Source of the DNA: Leucoraja erinacea
Taxonomy: Eukaryota
Assembly (NCBI RefSeq): GCF_028641065.1
Contig: NC_073391.1
Span: 32,550,001 to 32,614,000 of the forward strand
Direction: 5' to 3'
Length of the DNA: 64,000 nt
Each line of letters begins with the position of its first letter. Position 1 is the stretch's first letter. This document shows, piece by piece, positions 37,276-48,795 of this stretch. The notes under the pieces are model-generated. The model worked only from the letters and a program-made list of their open reading frames with translations. It was not told the DNA's origin and made no database searches. Made by a program: the position numbers and the translations under genes.

Positions 37276-38635
37276 CTAGCAGTAGTAGAAAATCTACAGT
37301 TAAAAATATGCCTGTATAACCCTACGTACAGCAATGAAAAAACTAGTAAACCACATTTAGATTTGATATGTATTGGTCGGAGGAATATATTCACCCAGAC
37401 TATTATTATGTAAAAGGGGAGCAATTTGTATCACAACTGTAATGAAGTAATGGCCTCAATATGGGGCAAAAATACTCAGGACCAGTGCTTTATTGTAGTC
37501 AAAAAGGTGCTGGTACGCCTATCGTTCCTTGCTGTTGGTGTCTGTGGCAAATTGTTTCCTATAAACTGCTTATGTTGTCTAATGGCCAGACTGCCTAATT
37601 TAGTTATTAAATTATATCTATATATTTAACAATTTGAAAATCGAGTGCCCAGAATTATCTTCGGAAAATTGGGCGAGGCAGCGAGTTAAGACATCAGCCC
37701 CTCAATGCTGGAGACTTGTGTCCACGTCCAACCCTGAATAAGGATAGGTATCCAGTCAAGCGACGAGTGTCCAATTCCTTGGAGCAGAGTGGTGAAAAAG
37801 CAGGGAAATAACCTCAAAAACACTGGTTTGCCCACAACAGGATTTTTGCATTCAATTCTGTCTGACGCACTTTGGAAAACGTAGATGTACAGAAAAGATG
37901 GACTAGAACTTTGAGAGGCATAAAGGATTTCAGCTTGAAGGCAAGAATGGAGAGGCCGGGTGTTTTCTTCCCCTTGGAGCAATGTAGGTTGAAAGATATA
38001 CAGGATCATAATTTTTTCCTATGCGAGATGCATTATCAGGCTCTGTGCCTCGCTGACAAGGACAGCATTTTAGTTTTGTTTCTTTTTTGTTGCATGCTAT
38101 CCAATCAATGAATAGACTACATGATGGCAATCAAGCTGTCCACAGTGTACAGATACAGCACAAAGGGAATAATGTTTAGTGCAAGATAAAGCCCAATTGA
38201 AGAGAGTTTAAAGGTCCCCAATGAGGTAGATGGGAGGTCAGGACCACACTAACTGGCGAGAGAGCGGTTCAGTCAGCTGCAGCATTTATTGCTCATCTCT
38301 AATTGTCTGTGAGAGCTTGGTGATGAGCTGTCTTCTTTAGTTGCTACAACACTTCTGGTGAAGATACTTTCAGAGATTGTGAGACTCTGGGGCACCCAGA
38401 GAAAACCCACATGGTCAAGTGGAGAACGTACAAACTCTGTATAGTAAAGATCGCACCCGGATCTCTGGCGCTGTAAGGCAGCAACTCTACCGCTGCACCA
38501 CTGTGCCGGCCATAAAAAGCTAAAACTAATTTAACAATGTGTACTGATAGAAATAGTATCCGATAGGTCGGAAAATCTGCCAGTCCCATGCCAGCAAAGT
38601 GCTGAAGGTGCCTGATTATCGGAGTTTTACTTTAC

Positions 38636-38777
38636 CTTGTTTTTTATGAATGCAGCTAGTGGCCCTTTCCCCAGCTCTGTAGATTTTTTGGATGTGCTTA
38701 AAGAAGGTGCAATCATGTGGCCCACTGTCCTATCCACATAAATGAAATGGATCAGTCCAGGGAAGTCTTGGAGATAG
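38636..38777 (-). CDS. HPS1: HPS1 exon downstream of the AT-AC intron
   Basis: [47 protein letters not shown], with acceptor ...TTATAC|. Confidence 0.95.
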
Positions 38778-39014
38778 GTATAATCAAAGTCAAGGACAAA
38801 TAATAGGAATCACAATGCAGGACTTATGGAACATTGGATATAAAGATTACATCAATCAAGCAATAACACTGAATGTTAAATCTATTTCTCCCTCTGTCCG
38901 CACAGTGCTGCCCGACAAGCGGAATAAAAACAGCATTTTGTTTTTATTTTAGACTTCCAGCATCTGAAGAATTTTGATTGTCAACAATTCATCTCTAATA
39001 GATAATAAGGATAT
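38778..39014 (-). other. HPS1: U12-type (minor spliceosome) AT-AC intron
   Basis: 5' end ATATCCTT, branch site TCCTTGAC (38796-38789), 3' end AC. The flanking exons join in frame. Confidence 0.95.
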
Positions 39015-39080
39015 GAGATCATGGTAGTGTTCCGCTTGCTTTTTACCAAAAGGAAATCCTTCCAGTCCATCAGCTTCTCC
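39015..39080 (-). CDS. HPS1: HPS1 exon upstream of the AT-AC intron
   Basis: [21 protein letters not shown](S). 66 nt. Confidence 0.96.
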
Positions 39081-40649
39081 CTACAAAAGAAAAAAATACC
39101 ACTGCAACATTGATATACATTTGGCTTAGAACGGTGTCTCACTGTATCTAGTCTACATATACACACACATTAGTTAATATGCAAGGTCTGTCAAACTGTG
39201 ACCCAAGTAGAGTGATAGAGTCAGACAAAATGGAAACAGTCCCTTCAGCACAGCCCGTCCATGCCGACCAACATGCCCCATCCTCACTGGTCCCACCTGC
39301 CCTCGTTTGGCCAATATCCTTCTAAACCTTTCCTATCCATGTACCTGTCCAAATGTCTTTTCAATGTTGTTATAGTACCCGTCTCAAATAGCTCCTCTAG
39401 CAGCTCGTTCCATATACCCACCACCCTTTGTGTGAAAAAATTGTCCCTCAGGTTCCTATTGCATCTTTCCCCTTTCATCGTAAACCTATGTCCTCTGATT
39501 TTTGATTCCCCTACTCTGGGTAAAAGACTATGCATTTATCCTATCTATTCCCCTCATCTTGTACATACCTATAAAATCACCCCTCATCCTCCTGCGCTCC
39601 AAAGAATAATGTCCTGGCCTGCCCAACCTCTTCCTATAACTCAGACCCTCAAGTCCTGGCAAGCTTCTTGTACTCTTCTCTGCACTCTTTCCAGTTTAAC
39701 AATATCTTTCCTATAGCTGGGTGATAACTCAATACCCTGACCAATACCCTGAAGGTTAATGTGTGGAAATAGTTTTTTTGTCAGTCATTGATCTGTACTT
39801 AAAGCAGAAGAATCTATAAATATTCAGCAATTCAGCTCCGTCTAAAAAGAGTGAATTAGCAAACGCATCAACCTGAAAAGTATTTACAGCAATTTCAGAT
39901 TTGCTGCAACCACAGCTATGTTGCTTTTATATTCATCTGTTCTGCACTGCCAACATCTCTGAATTATTGTTTTATGCTGATTTCTGCTGATTTTTCAGTA
40001 TTATCTGCAAGATGATTGCATTACAAGCTTTTATTGAACATGCTTAAAGACACTTGGACAGGTATATGGATAGCAACGGTCCAGAGGGAAATGGCCCAAA
40101 TGCAGGCAAATGAAGCCAGCTTAAATGGGGCATCTTGGGGATCAGCATGGAAGATTTGAACCGAAGGGCCTTTTTCCATGCGCTTGCAATTACAAAGAAG
40201 TACAGAAGTATAGTAAACCCTTGTTATAACAGAGGGGGAGCGGGGAGGGGGTGGTAGCGGTATCTGTAATAACCCAGTAAGGAATTCGCTCCAACCACGT
40301 AGTGGTCTCTCTGTGAGACAAGTTATTTCCACATACCAAGTATTTTTTATACAGCTAAAAATCTAATTTTATTTCTGCAATTTAAAAATACTAAAGGCTG
40401 AAGCATTGATTAATAGATTTAAATGTTAATCTAATAAATTTCTTGTCACTCTCCATGCCTTGTCACTCTCAATAGCCTCAGCAATGTAACTAGCAGCCTG
40501 TTTTCTTAAAGAGAGTCCACTATAACGGAAATAGGTTATAAAGAGGTCTGTTATAATGAGGGTGGAATGTCATTACAATGTGATCTGAGTGATCCATATA
40601 CAAAATATGGCAAATCCACTACATATATCTGCCTAACAATAATACATAC

Positions 40650-40781
40650 TGGACATTTTTTTGCGTCTTGGTCTGCAAGTCGATAGTCAAGTGTTGAGAA
40701 TGCCCTGCAGGTTTTAACAGGAAGTAATGTTGATAAACCAAACACAGCCGGCTCTTCACATTCCGACAGGCCTGCAACAGA
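40650..40781 (-). CDS. HPS1: HPS1 exon
   Basis: LLQACRNVKSRLCLVYQHYFLLKPAGHSQHLTIDLQTKTQKNV. 132 nt, phase 2-2. Confidence 0.92.
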
Positions 40782-41296
40782 CTGGAACAAAATAAATCAA
40801 GACAGAATGTTACACTGTAGCTCATAAACTAGTCACAGTACCTCAATGCATGTGACAATAATAAACTCAACTTTTGTTGGAATACATAGATTAAAACTAA
40901 TTTTTGCATTCCAAAGTTTCAGTAATATAATTTTCACGGCACTTAGTATTTTTATACACGGCGGAGGAATTCAATTAAAAAAGATCTTGATGAGCTCGGC
41001 ACGCGAGCACAGCGTAACAGTTACTTCCTCACAGCGCCAGAGGTTCGATCCTGACTACGGGTGCTGTCTGTACAGAGTTTGCATGTTCTCCATGTCACTA
41101 CGTGGGTTTTCTCCGGGTGCTCCAGTTTCTTCCCACATTCCAAAGACGTACAGGTTTGTCGGCTAATTGGCCACTGTAAATTGTTCCTAGTGTGTAGGAT
41201 AGAACTAGTGCGCCGGGATCGCTGGTCAGCATGAACTCAGTGGGCTGAAGGGCCTATTTCCGCGCTTTGTCTCAAAACTAAAGAAAGTTTTCTTAC

Positions 41297-41364
41297 TCTG
41301 GAGGATTTCCAGCGTTGACTTTAGAAAATGCTTTGCTCTTGAAGTCCACCCAGGCAGATTGCAA
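41297..41364 (-). CDS. HPS1: HPS1 exon
   Basis: LQSAWVDFKSKAFSKVNAGNPP. 68 nt. Confidence 0.9.
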
Positions 41365-41633
41365 CTGCAGTAACCAAAAAAACATATTTTGTTTATTATT
41401 TATTACTTCGGATAGTATAGCAAAAACCCCAGCTTGAATCGAACAGCGTTGGCTCACTGCCTATGACCCACAGCTGCTTACTAGTCTATAGGACAAGGGA
41501 GACTCAATCTTTGTTTCGAATGGGGGAGAGGGGAAGCAAGAGCGGAGCTGCGGGATATCGAGGAAACCCTAGTGAGAGCCTCATCTGTAATGGAAGTGGG
41601 GAACCCGTTTCATAAAGAATGACAACATCTCCA

Positions 41634-41880
41634 ATATTCATACTGCTGGCTTGTAAGCTGCCCAAATGAAATATGAGGTGCTGTTGATGATGATGATGAC
41701 AATGGAGGAGGCCCAGGCTAGAAAGGACAGTGAAGGTGTTCAGGTAAACAATCGCCCAGTCTACGTTTGGTCTCGCCGATATATAAGAGTCCACAGCTTG
41801 AACAACGGATACAGTAGATGAGGTTGGAGGAGGTCCAAGTGAACCTCTGCCGAACCTGAAAGGACTGTTGGGGTCCCTGA
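41634..41880 (-). mobile_element. Penelope-like element GIY-YIG endonuclease fragment
   Basis: QGPQQSFQVRQRFTWTSSNLIYCIRCSSCGLLYIGETKRRLGDCLPEHL followed by LGLLHC..QHLIFHLGSLQASSMNI. Confidence 0.85.
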
Positions 41881-42554
41881 GTCAAGGTAGGAGGAACTTG
41901 GTTGAACTTGTACAGTCACAGAGGCGACACAGTAGAGCAGCAATAGAGTTGCTCCCTTACAGCATCAGAGACCCGTGTTCGATCCTGACTACAGGTGCAG
42001 TCTGTACAGAGTTTGCACGTTCTCCCTGTAACCACGTGGGATTTCTCCAGGTGCTCCGGTTTCCTCCCACACTCCAAAGACGTGCAGGTTTGTAGGTTTA
42101 TTGGCTTCTGTAGAATTGTAAATTGTCCCTAGTGTGTAGGATAATGCCAGTGTATGGGGTAGTCTCTGATCGGCACACTCAGTGGGCTGAAGAGCCTGTT
42201 TCTCTAAAGTCCTAACTGCAGATGCTGGGTAATCTGCACCCCCACAATCAGTCTGAAGAAGGGTCCCGTGACGTAAAGTCAACTATCCATGTTCTCCAGA
42301 GAAGCTGCCTGACCTGCTGAGTTACCCAAGCACTTTGTGTCCTTCAATGATTTAATCTGTTGGATCTGAACATTATAGAAACCCTCATTTAAACACTTTT
42401 CTCTACTTTGTAGACTTTTAAAACTTCTATTTGGAGTTTTTTTACCTCTACTTGTGATTTAGTTGTACTATCTTCCTACATTCTAAGCAAGATCTGCACT
42501 TTGATTCAAGATTCAGCATCAGGTTTTATCAATAACAAGTCATCACCTTATTAC

Positions 42555-42734
42555 CTGCTGCTTTAGGACTCCAATAGCTTTTATGAATTTATCCATCTTT
42601 TGCTTTAGGTCTGACATGTTGGGATGGGTATGGGAAGAGTGTCCAAGCTCCTGTCCTTCACTCAGTCTGGCCTCAATCACAGTTAATGCATCCAGGAGGT
42701 GATATAAAGACACTGCAACTTGACTGTTAGGAAC
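42555..42734 (-). CDS. HPS1: HPS1 exon
   Basis: VPNSQVAVSLYHLLDALTVIEARLSEGQELGHSSHTHPNMSDLKQKMDKFIKAIGVLKQQ. 180 nt. Confidence 0.93.
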
Positions 42735-43773
42735 CTGCCAGTAAAGAAATCAAATGCACTTCTTAGTAGTCACAACAACATGAGGTTAAAGTTGTGAAAG
42801 GCTCCAAGTACAGCCTTCTGCAAGGGGTTGGATACAATCTCGGAACACATTCACCCTACTTTAGACTTTACTTTAAACTTTAGAGATACAGCATGGAAAC
42901 AGGTCCTACAACCCACCGAGTTCGTGCCAACACCATCTTACACACCTGCCGCAGTATGCAAATTATTGAAAGGCTGGAAATAAGGTGAATAAGTTCTGAG
43001 ATTTTATCCAACCCTTGCAGAATGCTCTGCTTTGACCCTGGCAGCACCGTGGCGCAGCGGTAGCAATGCTGCCTTACAGCGTCATTGAGCCGGGTTCGAT
43101 CCAGACTATGGATGTTGTCTGTACAGAGTTTGTACGTTCTGAAACCATGTGTGTGTTTTCTGTGGGTGCTCCGGTTTCTTCCCACACTCCAAGGAAGTGC
43201 AGGTTTGTAGGTTAATTGGCTTCAGTAAAAATTGTAAATTGTCCCTCATGTGTAGGATAGTGCTCATGTACGGGGTGATCACTGGTTGACCCCGTACACT
43301 CTACCGCTGTACCTTACGCACTGTACCTCTAAAGTAAAATAGTAGCAGGATTCTGCCACCATGTTTGAGTTTCAGAAGCTGCAATTGTTGTGCTTTAGAT
43401 CAAGACAGGGTCTATCAAACCTGCACTAACATTCAACAGCTATGTTCCCTGTCCATCAAACAAGACAAATCCCCCTTGCATCGACTCCATCTACACCTCA
43501 CTCTGTCTTGGCAAGGCCACCTGCATAATCAAGGGCCAGTCTCACCCTGGTCACACCTGCTGCTCCCACCAGGCAAGAGGTACAAAAGTGGAAAGCACAC
43601 CTCCAGATTCAAGGACAGTTTCGTCCCAGCTGTTATCAGGCAACTGAACCATCCTATCATCAACTAGTGAGGAATCCTGACCTACCATCTACCTCATTGG
43701 AGACCCTTGGACTATCTTAAATCGGACTTTACTTTGCAGTAAACATTATACCCTCTATCTGTATCTATACACT

Positions 43774-43901
43774 CCTTCTTCTTGCGTATGGCGTACACAG
43801 CCTAAAGTTGTAGGACAACTTGTTCTATTAATTGTGCACGCCGGGTTGATTTCATTCATCGAAACAGGGCGGACCACGTGAAGGTTGCAATCTCCCACCC
43901 C
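43774..43901 (-). mobile_element. 128-bp retroposon with 5' HDV-like ribozyme fold and (GAA)n tail
   Basis: 11-bp TSD ATCTATACACT at 43763-43773 and 43902-43912. The 3' end is GCCATACGCAAGAAGAAG. Confidence 0.85.
43848..43901 (-). ncRNA. HDV-like ribozyme fold (catalytic C apparently mutated to U)
   Basis: P1 GGGGUGG/CCGCCCU, P2 GAUUGCA/UGAAAUC (1 mismatch), P3 ACC/GGU, L3 UUCACGU, minimal P4, J4/2 UGAA. Confidence 0.75.
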
Positions 43902-44003
43902 ATCTATACACTGAGGGTGGCTTGATTGTAATCATGTATAGTCTTTCTGCTGACTGCATAGCACGCAACAAAAAACATTTCACTGTACCTCGGTACATGT
44001 GAC

Positions 44004-44055
44004 GGGGTCAAGGAGAGAGCGTTCACGTCGTGGCCCTGTTTTCACCAATCTTTCC
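44004..44055 (+). ncRNA. HDV/CPEB3-like ribozyme fold
   Basis: P1 GGGGUC/GGCCCU, P2 GGAGAGA/UCUUUCC, P3 GCG/CGU, L3 UUCACGU, J4/2 CCAA with the catalytic C retained. Confidence 0.75.
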
Positions 44056-44172
44056 ACCACCACGCACAAGAAGCGCAAGACAGACACCATTGTATAAAGA
44101 TGCCGAGAAGTGTGTTCAGCTGTCAGACTGAACATCTTCTAATCTTGTGTGTGGACTCGACAAGAAGAAGGG
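44004..44172 (+). mobile_element. ~169-bp retroposon with 5' HDV-like ribozyme fold and (GAA)n tail
   Basis: 9-bp TSD ACATGTGAC at 43995-44003 and 44173-44181. The element ends GACTCGACAAGAAGAAG. Confidence 0.85.
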
Positions 44173-44413
44173 ACATGTGACAATAATGAACCAAACTAAA
44201 TTTAAATTAGTGAACCTGTGACAAGTAATACACAAAATCGCAACATCTAAATATAGTTAACTGTCATGATCAGGAGGTAAATTAAACTATTTGCAGCTTC
44301 AGTAACTCAAACATGATGGAAGAATTTATGGCCGAAGTCATGGTTTCGAAGAGGAATTGCCCAAAAGTGCACAAGATATGTACTAAAGGTAATTATCGTT
44401 AAGTTATTCTTAC

Positions 44414-44581
44414 CTTGGTGAGCAGCACCAGAGAGATCCCGGGCCAAAGGGGCATGCAATACATGTTGTGAGGCATCATGGGGCAGTAATTATCCTTTAC
44501 ACTGGCATCCAGAAAAACTCTTAGTGGGACAGTATCCCTGGAAGGACACGATTCGAGACTCTGCTCTGTGTCTTTTGCAAC
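44414..44581 (-). CDS. HPS1: HPS1 exon
   Basis: [56 protein letters not shown]. 168 nt. Confidence 0.96.
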
Positions 44582-46057
44582 CTAAACACAAAACATAGCA
44601 CTAGCATTATCGTGACCATTTTGTGCCCAAAGTACAAAGTAACATGCAACAAAAATGAAAAGGCAAGTTTGAAGATAAAAAGACAGCATGCAAATGTTAG
44701 CAATGTCATAAAGAACTTCATAAGTTCCTATGTATAAGAAGGAACTGCAGATGCTGGTTTAAACCCAAAGGTTGACACAAAAAACTGGAGTAACTCAGCA
44801 GGACAGGTAGCACCTCTGGATTGAAGGAAAGATTAATTTTTCAGGTCGAGACATTGAAGAAGGGCATCGACCCGAATCGTCGCTTCTCTCTACAGATGCC
44901 GCCTGTCCCGCTGAGTTACTCCAGCTTTTTGTGTCTATCTTTATGTTCCTAAACAGCCATTCAGCCCATTAATAATAATACTCCGGTATTCAATAGCACT
45001 TTTATCTTTCCAATCTCACCCAAAGTTCTCCTGCCTTCTCCCCATAACAGATCAATGACACCCATTACAAATCGAAAAAAAGATTCTGAAAAAAATCCCC
45101 TTTAAAACTTAGAAATCAACATGAAAAATACCCCCACAGCAGAATTGGGGAAGGCACCAAAAATATCCAGTAATGAATAGTCCACCCGAGATATCTGGCA
45201 CGTCACCCTCCCGGTGTTCTAAGAAATTCCTGCCGTCATTTCGGCGTCGGTGAACATCCATCAGGCCCACAAGTGGCCGCTTCCCCCCCGAACATAGTCA
45301 ACGAGAAAGTCCAGGCCGCGCCGGCCGGACCTGATGTTACCAGACTCCAACTTGCTGTCCGGTCACAGTGCCCCGGAGGATGCTGGAAGGTAAAATTATC
45401 ACCCGCTCCATGTAGGTGTACCTTTACACGCCGGCGAAGCTGCAGTCCCGGCAGGAAACGCCGCTCCAGCGCTGCTCCAGTTCGACTGTAGGCCGCACAG
45501 AGAGGACCAAGATGTGGTTCGGAGAAAAAACGCATCTCCGACCAGGTAACTGGGGTTAAAAGTTTCCCCCTCACCTCCCCCACCCACCACATAAAAGAAG
45601 ACCTCCAAGAAACATTTACGAAAGGACTAAAAACCAAAATAGGCAATGTATGAAAGAAAGACTCTAGGAGGAGCACATACACAAATTTCACCCCCGCAGT
45701 CCGCCACAACAAGCAGTCCCTCCACATCATGGCTGATCTATCTTTCCCTCTCACCCCCATTACATTCCCCATAACCTTTGACAACCTTAGCAATTCTGTC
45801 AAAAATAACCCTTTAAAATTTAAAAAATACCCAATGAATTGGCTTCCACTGCTGCATGTAGTAATGAATTCCACAGATTCACCACCCTCTGACTAAAGAA
45901 ATTCCTTCTCATTTCCAAGACTCCAAGGCCCACAGTAGCGAAATGTTGCTCAACATAGTCCGTAGTAGAATCCAGCCCTTTGATGTTACCAGACAAGAAA
46001 CTTGCTGCCTCAAAGGGCCGGAAGGATGCTGGAAGGTCTTAAATTATTACTGCCTAC

Positions 46058-46107
46058 CTTTATCGCTGGCTGTGTGACCTGGTGCAAATTACATCCCTGT
46101 GAGCCTC
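46058..46107 (-). CDS. HPS1: HPS1 small exon in the variable linker
   Basis: Strong pyrimidine tract ctctctag|GA GGC...AAG|gtaggc. It is 50 nt, and phase 1-0 restores the frame. Confidence 0.75.
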
Positions 46108-46923
46108 CTAGAGAGGGCAAAGAGAAAAAGGTCAAACTCACGTTAAACAATTATTCAGTCGTAACCCAGTGTACATATTTAAAGATTTAACAAAGACCAT
46201 GCAGGCAATGTATGAGAAAGATCTATTAAACACACAATATAATTTATCGCACAACAAGCAGTCCCTCCACAACATGCTGAGGTGGAGTATTGCATTCCAT
46301 GCAACAGCAAGTCAAACATAACTTGTCCCACTGATGGCCTTGTGAGATGAGCAGGAAAAGAAAGTAGCACAATGGAAGACTTTATGATGATTTTACCAGG
46401 ACTCGTTTTGGTTAACCTGTTATATGAAAGATGTTGTCAAGCTGGAAAGGGTGTAGAGAACATTTACTTTGGATGTTGCCAAGACTCGAGGCCCAGAGCT
46501 ATCGGGAGAGGTTGACCAAATCTTATGGCTTTATTCCTCGGAGCACTGGAGGATGATCTTATAAAGGTGTAGAAAATTATGAGAGGGATAGATAGGGTAA
46601 ACACACAGTCTCTTGCCCAGAGTGGGGAATCAAATGGTAGAGGGCATAGCTTTAAGGTGAGGGGGGGAATGTTTAAAGGGAGATGTGCTGGGCCGTGCTT
46701 TTTATTTTACACAGTGGGTGGTGGGTGCCCAGGACATGCTGCTTGGAGAGGCAGATATAATAGTGGCATTTAAGAGGTTTTTAGATGAACATATGGGCAT
46801 ATGTGGAATAGGGAGAGATGGAATATAAAAGGCATTTGGACAGGTTTGAACAGATATAAAAGGTTTAGAGGGACAAAGCGGGGCTGCTGATGCTGGAGTT
46901 GTTCTGAGCTGGTCTAAACATAC

Positions 46924-46993
46924 CTTCTTCTTGTGCGGCAGCTGACAGCTTGAGTGTATTAAATTCTCCAGTCTCTAGGGATTTCTCCAGGTC
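46924..46993 (-). CDS. HPS1: HPS1 small exon in the variable linker
   Basis: cccacag|DLEKSLETGEFNTLKLSAAAQEE G|gtatgt. 70 nt, phase 0-1. Confidence 0.75.
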
Positions 46994-48692
46994 CTGTGGG
47001 AACAATGCATCAGATGTGTAAATTAAGGTGCTATCATTTAGAGAGGAATTCTTCAATATGAAGAAGGATCTCAACTCGAAATGTTACCTAACCATGTTCT
47101 CCATGGAAGTTGCCTGACCCGCTGAGTTACTCTAGCACTTTGTGTCTTTCCGTTAAAATGAACTTCCCCAATTTCTGATGAAAGGTCTTTGACCCGAATC
47201 ATTCATTCTAGTTATTTCTCTTCACTAGTTTATGATAAAGCATGGAATTGTGAACCCTAAATGACAATATAATTGAGTAGTAGAAATAAGGAGCTACAAA
47301 TGCTGGTTAAGACACAAAAGTAGACAAAGTAGCTCAGCAAGTCATGCAGCAACTCTGGAAACATGGATATGTGACATTTCGGGTCAGGACTATTCTTGAC
47401 GCGAAACATCATCTATTCATGTCCTCCAGAGATGCATGAACTGCTGAGTTACTTCAGCACTTTGTGTTAAAACAATCGGGCAATTTGGCTACTGGAGTGC
47501 ATAACAGTGACTTGGTTGAAATTCTATTGAATGACAAAGTTGACTTGAAATGCAGTATGGCTTTCTCTTGCTCCTCTTTCTTACGTTATATATTTTGCTC
47601 ATTAAGTGTCAGTATTAAACACACCCAAAAGCTCATGAAATCAGTTGCTCCCACATCCCCCATCACAGTATAATTTCCCATACCAATGACCTTGCTGTTT
47701 TAGAAAAAGAGAGTACCAGTTGAAAGCCAAATTAGTGCTGTTCAGAGCCCTAATCTGCCAAAAACTGGGCCATGTAATCAAAAATATAAATATCTGGCTC
47801 CAACAGTTAACAACAGTCAGTAGCAACTTTAATTCCATTCCGCTAAATTGAGTTTGAACTCAAGACCCCCAAACCAAAAGTTTATGCATTGTATCATTTG
47901 TTTTCACAAGACTTCAGGTCAATGATCTTTCTGAATACATGCTGCCTGACCTGCTGAATATATCCTTAAAAATAAAATCTGAATATGCAATAGTCATGGC
48001 ACCATAGAGTCATACAGCATGGAAACAGGCCCTTTGGCCAACGTCCACATCGTCCCATCTACACTAGTCCCATCTGCCTGCGTTTGACCCATATCCCCCT
48101 AAACCCATCCTATTTTTCGTAAATGTTGCAATAATACCTGCCTCAACTACCTTCTCTGGTACCTCGTTCCATGCACCCACCACCCTTTATATGAAAAAGC
48201 TACCCCTCAGTTAAAGTTAAATCTATCCCCCCTCACCTTACACCCATATCCTCTGGTTCTAGATATCCCCACTCTGGACAAGAGACACTGTGCATTTACC
48301 CGATCTATTCCTCTCATGATTTATTTCTCATGAAATAGGTTGCTATTTTTCCCTTTTGATTTTTCTGCCCTTTCCTTTCCACACTTGCATCTATAAAAGT
48401 TGGCATCCATCCACCTGCTGGAGATGATAGTGCGGCTTTAGTAGTCCTGCTGGGAGAGGAGAATGTTTACTCTGTGGTTGCGTTTCCTGCTGTAGCCGAC
48501 TAGTCCTATCTGTGACAGGTAGACCCTCCCACAGATTCTATGGGTGAAGTTTGTCTCTGGCCGTTTGATTGGAGAGTGTGTTACCATTGACCATTTTGTG
48601 GTGCTGACGCCGATCCTCCAGGGTCCTGAACCACATGCTGTTGTGGTGCTTCATACTCGCCTGGAGGTCCAACTGGTTAACAATAGTCCTAC

Positions 48693-48795
48693 CTTGTCAG
48701 TTTGCACTTCCAGATTATCATCACTTGGGTACATATCTTGAGCGATCAAAATCAGTGACAGCAAGTCTGAAGGTCTCAGGGAACTGGCATTACGA
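48693..48795 (-). CDS. HPS1: HPS1 exon
   Basis: RNASSLRPSDLLSLILIAQDMYPSDDNLEVQTDK. 103 nt. Confidence 0.93.

Noticed and set aside
45236-45874. 212-aa minus-strand ORF
   Set aside because: It is a patchwork of a CR1 tail and duplicated intron sequence with no recognisable domain.
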